Shown here: positions 44,213-53,169 of the stretch, in pieces
How the letters are laid out: the number at the start of each line of letters is the position of its first letter
Position numbering within the stretch: the first letter of the stretch is position 1
NCBI GenBank assembly: GCA_963761065.1
Contig: CAVXFP010000007.1
Coordinates: 13,209 to 77,208 of the forward strand
DNA: 64,000 nt
Direction of reading: 5' to 3'
From: an uncultured Alphaproteobacteria bacterium
GTDB lineage: Bacteria; Pseudomonadota; Alphaproteobacteria; Caulobacterales; Caulobacteraceae
The notes under the pieces: model-generated
What the model was told of the DNA's origin: nothing
What the model saw: the letters and a program-made list of their open reading frames with translations, nothing else
Database searches by the model: none
Position numbers and translations under genes: made by a program

Positions 44213-46591
44213 CTAGATCGGCGGAGGCGGGCCGGCCAGGATGTCGCGCTTGCCGGCGTGGTTGGCGGCCCCGACGATGCCTTCCTGCTCCATCCGCTCG
44301 ATCAGGGAGGCGGCGCGGTTGTAGCCGATCTGCAGGCGGCGCTGGATGTAGCTGGTGGAGGCCTTGCGGTCGCGGGTGACCACGGCCACGGCCTGGTCGT
44401 AGAGCTCGTTGCCGGACCCGCCGCCGCCGCCGCCCAGATCGAAGCCGCCGTCCTCGTCCCCGTCCAGGGCCGAGGTCACCTCCTCCAGATACTCCGGCTC
44501 GCCCTGGGCCTGGAGGTAGGCGGCCACGTCGCGCACTTCGTCATCCGAGACGAACGGGCCGTGCAGGCGCGTCAGCCGTCCGCCGCCGGCCATGTAGAGC
44601 AGGTCCCCCTGGCCCAGCAGCTGCTCGGCGCCCTGGTCGCCCAGGATGGTGCGGCTGTCGATCTTGGAGGTCACCTGGAAGCTGATCCGGGTGGGGAAGT
44701 TGGCCTTGATGGTGCCGGTGATCACGTCCACCGACGGCCGCTGGGTGGCCATGATCAGATGGATGCCCGCCGCCCGCGCCATCTGGGCCAGGCGCTGGAC
44801 CGCGCCCTCGATCTCCTTGCCCGCCGTCAGCATCAGGTCGGCCATCTCGTCGATGACCACCACCAGATAGGGCATGGGCTTGGGATCGAGCCGCTCCTCC
44901 TCGAAGATCGGCCGCCCGGTCTCGTCGAAGCCGGTCTGCACCGTGCGCACGAAATGCTCGCCCTTGGCGGCCAGCTCGGCGGCGCGCTCGTTGTAGCCGG
45001 CGATGTTGCGCACGCCGATCTTGGACATGCTGCGATAGCGGCCCTCCATCTCGCGCACAGTCCACTTCAGGGCGACGACGGCCTTCTTCGGGTCGGTGAC
45101 GACGGGCGCGAGCAGGTGCGGGATGCCGTCGTAGACCGACAGCTCCAGCATCTTCGGGTCGATCATGATCATCCGGCACTGCTCGGGGCTCAGCCGGTAG
45201 AGGATCGACAGGATCATGGCGTTCACGCCCACCGACTTGCCCGATCCGGTGGTGCCGGCGATCAGCAGGTGCGGCATGCGCGCCAGGTCGGCGATATAGG
45301 GCTCCCCGCCGATGGTCTCGCCCAGCGCCAGCGGCAGCACGTGGCTGGACCGTTCATAGTCGGCCGCCGATAGAAGGTCGCGCAGATAGACCGTCTCGCG
45401 CCGGGGATTGGGCAGCTCGATGCCGATGGCGTTGCGGCCCGACGCCACCGCCACCCGGCAGGAGATCACGCTCATGGAGCGGGCGATGTCGTCCGACAGG
45501 GCGACCACACGGGCGGTCTTCACTCCGGGCGCGGGCACCAGTTCGTAGAGTGTGACCACCGGGCCGGGGCGGATCTGGTCGATGCGGCCGTTGACGCCGA
45601 ACTCGGCAAGCACGCCCTCCAGCAGGCTGGCGTTCTGGCGCAGGGACCCCTCGTCGATGGAGGTGGCGCGGGCCTTGGGCTTGGCCAGCATGGACAGCTC
45701 GGGCAGGTGGAAGCCTTCCTGGCGGGCGAAGGCCAGCGTCCCCTGCTTCTCGCGATCCTCCCGGCGCGAGGCGCGCGGCGGCTTGGTCCCCAGAACCTGG
45801 GGCGCGCTGGCGGGCGAGGGCTCATAAACGTCCGGGCCGTCGTCGTCAGGCAGCCGCAGCTCCATGGGCGCGGCGGCGCGGCGCGAAATCTTCCGAGCCG
45901 CAGGCGCCTTGCGCGGCGCGGGCGCCTCGGCGGGCCGTTCGCGCCGGCGGGCGGCGAAGGCGGCGGCGAGCCAGGCGGCCGTCTCCGACACGTCCCGGCG
46001 CTTCAGGCCGAATACGAAGCCCAGCGACAGGGCCGCCGCGACGGCCAGTAGCGCCATGGCTATCCATCGGGCGCCAGGCAGGCGCGCGAAGGCCAGCAAT
46101 CCTTGGATCGCGCCCAGCACAGCATCGCCCCACAGCCCGCCCAGGCCCGTCGCCAAGGGCCATAGAGCCGGCGGCGCCGGGGCCGAGAGCGTTCCGGCCA
46201 GAGCCGACAGACCCAACAGCGCGGCCAGGGCGCCAAGCCGTCCCGACATGCCCGGAGCGCGGCCCGCCCCCGCCGCACGGCCGAGACCTCCGACGATCAG
46301 CAGCACCGCCAGCGGCCAGGCCGCCAGCCCGAGGGTCTGGATCGCCAGGTCCGCCAATGTCGCGCCGAGCCCGCCCAGCAGGTTGGCGGGCGCCTCGCCC
46401 GAGGCGCCGTTCAGGCTGGAGTCGGTCACCCGATAGGTCGCGAAAGCAAGGATCAGGGCCAGGCCGAACGCGGCCTCCAGCCCGCCGCCGAACCGCGCGG
46501 CCACGGGGTTGGCGAACCGCGCGCCGGCCATGCTCAGCCACCCGGGCCCTCGCCTCGCCGCCGCTCGCGCCGCCATGCTCCGCCTCCGCAA
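44213..46591 (-). CDS. ftsK: DNA translocase FtsK
   Basis: Intact 792-aa ORF. N-terminal TM segments, a P/A-rich linker, Walker A (GTTGSGKSVGVN), VVVIDEMADLM, and a C-terminal gamma winged helix (STSYIQRRLQIGYNRAASLIERMEQEGIVG). Confidence 0.95.
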   Translation of the reverse strand: MRRRSMAARAAARRGPGWLSMAGARFANPVAARFGGGLEAAFGLALILAFATYRVTDSSLNGASGEAPANLLGGLGATLADLAIQTLGLAAWPLAVLLIVGGLGRAAGAGRAPGMSGRLGALAALLGLSALAGTLSAPAPPALWPLATGLGGLWGDAVLGAIQGLLAFARLPGARWIAMALLAVAAALSLGFVFGLKRRDVSETAAWLAAAFAARRRERPAEAPAPRKAPAARKISRRAAAPMELRLPDDDGPDVYEPSPASAPQVLGTKPPRASRREDREKQGTLAFARQEGFHLPELSMLAKPKARATSIDEGSLRQNASLLEGVLAEFGVNGRIDQIRPGPVVTLYELVPAPGVKTARVVALSDDIARSMSVISCRVAVASGRNAIGIELPNPRRETVYLRDLLSAADYERSSHVLPLALGETIGGEPYIADLARMPHLLIAGTTGSGKSVGVNAMILSILYRLSPEQCRMIMIDPKMLELSVYDGIPHLLAPVVTDPKKAVVALKWTVREMEGRYRSMSKIGVRNIAGYNERAAELAAKGEHFVRTVQTGFDETGRPIFEEERLDPKPMPYLVVVIDEMADLMLTAGKEIEGAVQRLAQMARAAGIHLIMATQRPSVDVITGTIKANFPTRISFQVTSKIDSRTILGDQGAEQLLGQGDLLYMAGGGRLTRLHGPFVSDDEVRDVAAYLQAQGEPEYLEEVTSALDGDEDGGFDLGGGGGGSGNELYDQAVAVVTRDRKASTSYIQRRLQIGYNRAASLIERMEQEGIVGAANHAGKRDILAGPPPPI

Positions 46592-46676
46592 TCCAGGGGA
46601 AGACGGATTCCTGCGCCAAGAGAGTTAAGGGGCGTTTACCCGGCGACGATCGCGCGCGTCTGCGGGCCTGGACACG

Positions 46677-47957
46677 ATGGGGACGAAGGCCGATACCGCC
46701 CGCATGGCCCAGGACCTGAAGGCCGATGTGATTATCGCCGGCGCCGGCATGGCCGGGGCCACCCTGGCGCTCGCCTTGCGGCGCGCGGGGCTGGAGCCGG
46801 TGCTGGTCGATCCCCAGCCCTTCGACGCCCAGACCGCGCCGGCCTTCGACGGCCGCGCCTCCGCCATCGCCTTTTCCTGCTTCCGCCAATGGCGCGCCAT
46901 CGGCGCGGGCGAAGCCATCGCGCCCCACGCCCAGAGGATCGAGCAGATCCTGGTCACCGACGGGCGCGGCCCCGGCGCCGCGCCGGGCCTTCAGCTGTCC
47001 GCCTTCCTGCGCTTCGAGGCGGCGGAGATCGCCGACAGATCCGAAGGCGAGCCCCTGGGCTATATGGTGGAAAACCGACACATCCGATCGGGTCTCGCCC
47101 GGGCGGTGACCGATGCGGGCATCAACGTGCTCTCGCCCGCCCGGGTGTCTGCGATCGAGGTTCAGGCCGGCGGCGCGCGCGCGATCCTCGCCGATGGCCG
47201 GGTGCTGTCGGCGCCCCTGATCGTCGGCTGCGATGGGCGGAACTCCCAAGTCCGCGCGGCGGCCGGGATCGGCGTCGTCGGCTGGCCCTATGCCGAGCAC
47301 GGGGTGGTCGCCACCGTGGACCTGGAGCGGCCGCATAATGGGGTCGCTTACGAGCACTTCCTGCCCGCCGGCCCCTTCGCCGTCCTGCCGCTCACGGGAA
47401 ACCGCGCGAGCCTGGTGTGGACCGAGCAGGCCCACCGCGCCAAGGCGCTGATGGGCATGTCGCCGGAGGCCTTCGGGTCGGTGCTGAACCGGCGGTTCGG
47501 CGACTTCCTGGGCCGGGCCGAGGCCAAGGGTCCGCGCTTCGCCTATCCGCTCGGCCTTCAGCTTTCCGAGGCCATGACCGCGCCGCGCATCGCGCTGCTG
47601 GGCGACTCCACCCACGCGGTGCACCCCATCGCCGGCCAGGGGCTCAATCTCGGCCTGAAGGACTGCGCCGCCCTGGCCGAGGTGCTGGCCGAGGCGGCGC
47701 GCCTGGGCGAGGACATCGGCTCGGGGGCGGTGCTGGAGCGCTACGCCCGCTGGCGGCGCACGGACAACATCGCCGTGGCGGCCGCGACGGACGCGTTCAA
47801 CCGATTGTTCTCAAATGACAATCCCCTGGTCCGCCTGGCGCGGGGTGCCGGAATGGCGGCGGTGAACCGAATGGGTCCCGCTCGGCGCTTCTTCATGCAG
47901 GAGGCCGGCGGCGCGGCCGGCGATCTGCCCCGCCTGCTGCGCGGCGAGGCGCTCTAG
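46677..47957 (+). CDS. UbiH/UbiF/VisC/COQ6-family FAD-dependent ubiquinone hydroxylase
   Basis: Intact 426-aa ORF. ADVIIAGAGMAGATLALAL dinucleotide fold, GCDGRNSQVR, LLGDSTHAVHPIAGQGLNLGLKD. The start could be the internal Met at MAQDLKA. Confidence 0.85.
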   Translation: MGTKADTARMAQDLKADVIIAGAGMAGATLALALRRAGLEPVLVDPQPFDAQTAPAFDGRASAIAFSCFRQWRAIGAGEAIAPHAQRIEQILVTDGRGPGAAPGLQLSAFLRFEAAEIADRSEGEPLGYMVENRHIRSGLARAVTDAGINVLSPARVSAIEVQAGGARAILADGRVLSAPLIVGCDGRNSQVRAAAGIGVVGWPYAEHGVVATVDLERPHNGVAYEHFLPAGPFAVLPLTGNRASLVWTEQAHRAKALMGMSPEAFGSVLNRRFGDFLGRAEAKGPRFAYPLGLQLSEAMTAPRIALLGDSTHAVHPIAGQGLNLGLKDCAALAEVLAEAARLGEDIGSGAVLERYARWRRTDNIAVAAATDAFNRLFSNDNPLVRLARGAGMAAVNRMGPARRFFMQEAGGAAGDLPRLLRGEAL

Positions 47958-48316
47958 CCGCGCGCGAGGCCGGCCTTGTCCAGATCGCTCAGGTACTTGG
48001 CCCACAGCGCCTCGTGGTCGCGGCCGAGGTCGTAGAGCGCGTCCCAGCTGTAGAGGCCCGTGTCGTGGCCGTCGCTGAAGGCGATGCGCGCGGCGTAGCG
48101 GCCGACCGGCGTGATCGCCGCGATCCCCACGGCGCGCTTGCCGGGCACGGGCGGGCGGGGCCCGGCGCCGTGGCCCCGGTCCAGCGCCGAGCTGGTCATC
48201 ACCCGCAGGTATTCGGCCGGAAGCGCAAAGCTCGACCCGTCGTCGAAATTGGCGGTCAGGGTGGTCTTGGCGCGATCGACGCGCAGTTCCGTCGGCCAGG
48301 GGCGCGCGGCGCTCAT
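47954..48316 (-). CDS. DUF971 (gamma-butyrobetaine hydroxylase-like N-terminal domain) protein
   Basis: Intact 120-aa [11 protein letters not shown]...[27 protein letters not shown] is the DUF971 pattern. Confidence 0.75.
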   Translation of the reverse strand: MSAARPWPTELRVDRAKTTLTANFDDGSSFALPAEYLRVMTSSALDRGHGAGPRPPVPGKRAVGIAAITPVGRYAARIAFSDGHDTGLYSWDALYDLGRDHEALWAKYLSDLDKAGLARG

Positions 48317-48507
48317 TCGCCGTCGTCCAGCGCGCGGGCTTCCTCGGGCAGCATCACCGGCACGCCCTCGCGCACCGGATAGGCAAGTTTGGCGGCGCGG
48401 CTGACCAGTTCGTTCTTGGCGCGGTCGTAGGTCAGGGCCCCGTGGGTCACGGGGCAGACCAGGATTTCCAGGAGGCGCGGATCGACCTCGGGCGTGGGCT
48501 CGCTCAT
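48313..48507 (-). CDS. Trm112/UPF0434 family protein
   Basis: Intact 64-aa [20 protein letters not shown]...[17 protein letters not shown]. Confidence 0.85.
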   Translation of the reverse strand: MSEPTPEVDPRLLEILVCPVTHGALTYDRAKNELVSRAAKLAYPVREGVPVMLPEEARALDDGE

Positions 48508-48515
48508 GGCCGCCT

Positions 48516-49178
48516 CTACTGCACCGGCGGGCCGTCGTCGTCCATGGAGTCGGGGTCGATCTCCATGAGCGCGGCCAGGGTTTCGCGTCGCGCCGCCAGG
48601 CTGGGGGCTTCCAGCAGGGCCTGTTTCTCGTTCGGTTCGAACGGCAGGGCCATGGCCAGGCTGTTGACCAGGGCCTCGGCCGGGGCGTCCTTGGCGGTGT
48701 CCCAGTCCACGTCCATGGACCGGCGGTGCAGATAGGCCTTCAGCGCCGCGAGCAGGCGCAGCCGGTCGAAGCCGTCCTCCGCGTCCTCCTTGTCCGACAG
48801 GTCGTCCTCATAGGCGGAGAAATCGGCCCGCACCCGGCGGTACGGGCCCAGCGCCGGCAGTTCCTCGCGGGTCTTGAAGCGCGACACGCCGGTCAGGGTG
48901 ATCAGATAGCGCCCGTCGCCGGTCTCGGCGAAGGTGGTGATCTTCCCGGCGCAGCCCACCGGCTGCAGGCTCGGACGGTCCGGATCGCCGCCGGGGCGCG
49001 TCTGCACCATGCCGATGATCCGCTCGGCGGCCATGGCCTCGTCCACCATGGCCAGATAGCGCGGCTCGAAGATGTTGAGCGGCAGCGCGGCGTGCGGCAG
49101 CAGCAGCGCGCCGTCCAGCGGAAACACCGGGATCACCATGGGCAGGTCCTGGGCCCGGACATAGGGGCTGGAGGCCAT
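48516..49178 (-). CDS. LON peptidase substrate-binding (LonN) domain protein
   Basis: The 220-aa distal part of ORF 48516..49964(-), from [45 protein letters not shown]. Confidence 0.8.
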   Translation of the reverse strand: MASSPYVRAQDLPMVIPVFPLDGALLLPHAALPLNIFEPRYLAMVDEAMAAERIIGMVQTRPGGDPDRPSLQPVGCAGKITTFAETGDGRYLITLTGVSRFKTREELPALGPYRRVRADFSAYEDDLSDKEDAEDGFDRLRLLAALKAYLHRRSMDVDWDTAKDAPAEALVNSLAMALPFEPNEKQALLEAPSLAARRETLAALMEIDPDSMDDDGPPVQ

Positions 49179-49189
49179 GGCGGCGCGCC

Positions 49190-50110
49190 TCACGAAAACA
49201 GGACCGACGCGAGCAGGCGCCGTCCGCGCTTGGCGGTCTCCGAGCCCGGCCCGGCGGCCTCGAACACGGCGAGCAGTTGGGCGCGCGCCGCGCCGTCGTT
49301 CCAGTCGCGATCCTTGGCCACGATCCTCATCAGCTGGTCTACCGCCTCGTCCATGCGCCCCCGGCCGGCCAGGGCCTTGGCGAGCTCCAGCCGCGCTTCG
49401 TGGTCGTCCTCGTCCTCGGCCAAACGATGTTCGAAGGCGGCGGTGTCCGACGGCGCCTCGGCCGCGAGCGCGAGGGCGGCGCGTACGCTGTCCAGGTCCG
49501 GATCCTTGGCGTCGGCCGGGGCCAGGGCCACGACCTCGCCGGCCCGCTCGAAGTCGCCGCCGGTCAGATAGCAGCGCGCCAGGCCCGCGATGGCCTTCAC
49601 GTTGGCCGGATCGAGCTGCAGCGCCTGGGCGAAGGCCTGGGCCGCGCCGCCGATATCGCCGAGCTTCAGGGATTCCGCGGCCCGCGCCAGCGTCTCGTCG
49701 AGGTCCGACGGTGCGGGCGGCCCGGCCGCGGCGGCCAGCTTGTCGATGAATTGCTTGATCTGACTTTCGGGGACCGCCCCCATGAAGCCGTCCACCGGCT
49801 TGCCGTCCACGAAGGCGTAGACCGTGGGGATCGACTGCACGCGCAGTTGCCCGGCCACGCCCGGGTTCTTGTCCACGTCGATCTTCACCAGCTTGACCGC
49901 GCCCTTGGCGGCCACGACGGCCTTTTCCAGCGCCGGCCCCAGGGTCTTGCACGGCCCGCACCATGTGGCCCAGAAATCCACGATCACCGGCTGCTCGCGC
50001 GAGGCCTCGATCACGTCGGCCATGAAGGCGGCGTCGGTGCCGTCCTTGATCAGGTCCGCGGCCCCGGCGGTTGAAGCTCCGATCTCGCCCAGCATGTCGT
50101 CTCCTCGCAA
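49190..50110 (-). CDS. thioredoxin-domain protein with TPR-like C-terminal half (YbbN/CnoX-like)
   Basis: Intact ORF. VIVDFWATWCGPCKTLGP active site followed by a helical repeat region. The start is probably the Met at 50095. Confidence 0.85.
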   Translation of the reverse strand: MRGDDMLGEIGASTAGAADLIKDGTDAAFMADVIEASREQPVIVDFWATWCGPCKTLGPALEKAVVAAKGAVKLVKIDVDKNPGVAGQLRVQSIPTVYAFVDGKPVDGFMGAVPESQIKQFIDKLAAAAGPPAPSDLDETLARAAESLKLGDIGGAAQAFAQALQLDPANVKAIAGLARCYLTGGDFERAGEVVALAPADAKDPDLDSVRAALALAAEAPSDTAAFEHRLAEDEDDHEARLELAKALAGRGRMDEAVDQLMRIVAKDRDWNDGAARAQLLAVFEAAGPGSETAKRGRRLLASVLFS

Positions 50111-50169
50111 TCGACCCGGCGCTCCCGCGCCCGGCTAAACATGGTCGCCACGCGGCCCGACCGCAATGC

Positions 50170-50693
50170 TCAGCCGGCCTTCTGGATCTCGGCGAAATCC
50201 ACGATGAGCGGCTCCACCCCCAGCGCGTTGAGGAAGCTCAACAAGCCCTCGCGGGAGATGGCGGTGGTCGCGGTGTTGGCGAGGGGGTGAAAGTTGACGA
50301 TCTCATGCTCCAGCAGGGCCTTGTCGAGCACCAGCCGCACGCGGCGGGCCCCATCGTTGATCAGGGCGAACACGGTCACCGAGCCCGGCCGCACGCCCAG
50401 CGCCTCGATAGAGAATCTCCTCGTTCCCGAACGACAGCCGCGCCGAGCCGATCGTCGCCGGCAGCCGCTTCAGGTCGATCCGCGTCTGACCGAGCGCGCA
50501 GATCAGCCACAGCTGGCCCTTGGCGTCCTTCAGGAACAGGTTCTTGGTGTGCGCCGCCCGGCAGGGCCGCCTTGATCTCTTCGCCCTCGCCCACGCGGAA
50601 CACCGCCGGATGCTCCAGGGTGCTGTGCGCGATCCCCAGGCGGTCGAGGGCGGCGAAGAGGTCTTGCGGCGTCGCGGGCATGAGCTCCGCCAT
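50170..50693 (-). pseudogene. YbaK/ProX-type aminoacyl-tRNA deacylase domain protein, 1-2 frame changes
   Basis: [47 protein letters not shown] (ORF 50376..50789(-)), then [16 protein letters not shown] in another frame. The C-terminus [12 protein letters not shown]...[14 protein letters not shown] is in ORF 50170..50394(-). Confidence 0.7.
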
Positions 50694-50788
50694 AGCCGCC
50701 CCGCCGCCGCGCGGCCAGGGGGGGCCTGGACGGGCGCGGGGCCGGACCGCTAGAGCTTGCCAGGTCCGAACCGCGGCGGGGGCTTGCA

Positions 50789-51532
50789 ATGGAACTCGAG
50801 TGCTTCTCCACCATGGCGCGGCCGCCGGAGATGGTGCCCGGCCGGCCCCAGCGCGCCTGGATGGACGCCGTCGCCGACCGCCACCCCTACCGCTGCCTGC
50901 CGATGACCATGGCCAACACCACCGGCTGGGAGCTGCTCTGCCCCGTGTCGTTCACCGCCGAGTGGAACGGCGGCGTGCATCAGCGCGACATCACCGTTAC
51001 GCCCGACCGGCCGTTCGGCGAGATGGAGGAGTATGTGAAGTCGCACTTCGCCTACGGGGTGCTGACCTTCCACACCGGCTATCTGTTCCGCACGCCGCCG
51101 GGCTGGTCGATGTGGGTGATGGGCCCGCCCAACCACATCAAGGACGGCATCCAGCCGCTGTCAGGCCTGGTGGAGACCGACTGGCTGCCGTTCCCTTTCA
51201 CCATGAACTGGATGTTCACCCGCCCGGGCCGCGTGCGCTTCGAGAAGGGCGAGCCGTTCTGCTTTCTCACCCTGGCGCAGGACAAGCAGCTTGAGCAGGT
51301 GGACGTCACCCGCCGGCCCCTGGAGTCTGACGAGGCCCTGAGCAACCAGTATCTGGCCTGGCACGAGCGGCGCACCGAGTTCAACACCAAGCTGTTGAAG
51401 CGCGATCCGGAGACCGTGAAGGAGGCCTGGCAACGCTTCTACTTCAAGGGCGAGCTGCCGGAAGCCACCGGCGAGGCGCCCAAGGCCCACGTCAACAAGC
51501 GCCGGCTGAAGGCCCCGCGTCTGGCGCGTTGA
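50789..51532 (+). CDS. hypothetical protein (DUF6065-like by recollection)
   Basis: Intact 247-aa ORF. HPYRCLPMTMANTTGWELLCPVSFTAEWNGG... The start may be the Met at 50813. Confidence 0.55.
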   Translation: MELECFSTMARPPEMVPGRPQRAWMDAVADRHPYRCLPMTMANTTGWELLCPVSFTAEWNGGVHQRDITVTPDRPFGEMEEYVKSHFAYGVLTFHTGYLFRTPPGWSMWVMGPPNHIKDGIQPLSGLVETDWLPFPFTMNWMFTRPGRVRFEKGEPFCFLTLAQDKQLEQVDVTRRPLESDEALSNQYLAWHERRTEFNTKLLKRDPETVKEAWQRFYFKGELPEATGEAPKAHVNKRRLKAPRLAR

Positions 51533-51586
51533 GGGCCGCTTGCAAAGCCTTGGGGCCTCTGCGATAAGCCCCGGCTCCGACGGAGC

Positions 51587-51662
51587 GCGGGCGTAGCTCA
51601 GTGGTAGAGCACAACCTTGCCAAGGTTGGGGTCGAGAGTTCGAAATCTCTTCGCCCGCTCCA
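51587..51662 (+). tRNA. tRNA-Gly (anticodon GCC), CCA encoded; the T-loop appears 1 nt too long
   Basis: Cloverleaf read by hand: acceptor GCGGGCG/CGCCCGC, D-arm GCTC-AGTGGTA-GAGC, anticodon arm CAACC-TTGCCAA-GGTTG, T-arm GAGAG-TTCGAAAT-CTCTT. Confidence 0.9.
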
Positions 51663-51920
51663 AGGATTTCACCCTTCATCCAAGCCCGCGATCACGGCGT
51701 CTTTGGCCGGGTCCGTATGCGGCCCTGGCCCGCCGGTCGCGGTTCGACGCCGACGCAAAGCCGGATTGTCACATCCATCTGCTGTCGATGCGCCGACGCC
51801 GGCCAAAAGCGTACATATCCGATAGCAATACAGCCTGATCTGGCGGATTTCGTCGGCGCAGGCTCAGTCGCGACAGGTTGGTCGCGGCCCCCGCATCGGC
51901 CGCCGGCCCGTCGCCTGGCG

Positions 51921-52580
51921 TCATGAGGGCGCGCCCTGCGTCATATCCGCTCGGCGGGCGCCAAGCATCGCGATCGCCGCCTTGATGTGTTCGGCGATGA
52001 ACGCCTCGCTGAACGGGTCGACGCCCCAGATGCCCCGCGCCTGATAAGGCGAGGCGTAGGGGAGCACGCAACTGCCGGCGAAGAAGTAGTAGTCGTGGGC
52101 CGTCAACTGAACCCCAAGCGCGGCGCCCACGGAGTCGATGTACCGGCGCACGTGGTTGTCGAGCAGATGGTCCATGCGGGGCCCGCCGAGCTTGCCTTCC
52201 TGAAAGACGATGCGCGGCAGTTCCGGCACCGCCGCGGCGGTTCGGATGGAGATGGCGATGAAGGCGTCGCCAGGCGTGATGCCCGGCATGGTCCGCGTGA
52301 TCTCCAGGGCGCGCGGAAGATTGTCCGCGATCCGCGCGAACAGGCGGTCGACCACCGCCCGCCACAGCCCGTCCTTCGAGCCGAAGTGATAGGCGAGCAG
52401 GCGCCGCCGCACGCCAGCCCTGTCTTCGATGGCGGCGACCCCGATCCCGTCGAACCCGACGGCCGCAAAGGCTTCGGTGGCCGCGTCGAGCAGGCGACGC
52501 CGCGTCTCTTCTGCCCTCTTTTGCGGTGCACGGGCGCGCGCTGGCGATGGTAACTGGCTCATAAGTCTAAGTATTCTCAC
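51921..52580 (-). CDS. TetR/AcrR family transcriptional regulator
   Basis: Intact 219-aa ORF. RRRLLDAATEAFAAVGFDGIGVAAIEDRAGVRRRLLAYHFGSKDGLW is the TetR HTH region. The start may be 52562. Confidence 0.85.
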   Translation of the reverse strand: MRILRLMSQLPSPARARAPQKRAEETRRRLLDAATEAFAAVGFDGIGVAAIEDRAGVRRRLLAYHFGSKDGLWRAVVDRLFARIADNLPRALEITRTMPGITPGDAFIAISIRTAAAVPELPRIVFQEGKLGGPRMDHLLDNHVRRYIDSVGAALGVQLTAHDYYFFAGSCVLPYASPYQARGIWGVDPFSEAFIAEHIKAAIAMLGARRADMTQGAPS

Positions 52581-52914
52581 GGAAGCGAAATTAGTAAAGA
52601 AAAATTCAGTATTGAGCGAATGGCGTCCGAATGATTGGGTTTTGGCCGTTCTTCCTCAGGGCCCGGTTCATCCGGGCTCGGGGCGGACGGGCGACGGGAT
52701 AACTGGCGAAGTCCGCGCCCAGTTGGCGAGGGCGCTGCCTGCATCGTGATCCCGAAGCCCCCGCGCCGAGGGGGACTTGGGGGGTCGAGGACACCGACCC
52801 GAAGTAGTTTTATGCAACGCCGGCGGGGATGGGGCCCGTCGGTGAGTATATTCGGCTGTCTTCGCCTCAATCCTAAGCAAAGAGTCGCTTTCCAGGAGAA
52901 TTTAATTGACTCGT

Positions 52915-52930
52915 CTCTCGTTAACGAGAG
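52915..52930. promoter_or_regulatory. perfect 16-bp palindrome CTCTCGTTAACGAGAG (candidate operator)
   Basis: Read directly from the sequence. It lies in the low-GC region between the TetR gene and the adhesin gene. Confidence 0.4.
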
Positions 52931-53169
52931 TTAGCTGTTCGATATCTGGCGGCAATTGCGCAGATTTCGACCTGGCTGATCTTATTGAAGCCAGGGGGAG
53001 ACTAGCGCTTGATTCTGTCCGCGAGGCAATCGCGTACAGTCAATACAAGCCCAAGCGTCTCGTAAGGGAAGGGCCCGACCCGCGTTGGTCGGGTGGGTGG
53101 TGGTGGGGCGTGAACGCGGTCTGACGACGATCAGCCTGCGCCGCTCCGACGGTGCAGAGGAGTCGGGCC

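Noticed and set aside
51663-51920. Integrase, attachment-site repeat or other mobility signature next to tRNA-Gly.
   Set aside because: No ORF with integrase or recombinase motifs is present. By eye I found no copy of the tRNA 3' end downstream. I therefore do not call a genomic island, only an accessory-looking block.
52906-53124. 72-codon TTG-initiated ORF upstream of the adhesin.
   Set aside because: It has no SD, no recognisable family and atypical composition, and it overlaps the palindrome and hairpins. It is better explained as a regulatory or 5'-UTR region.
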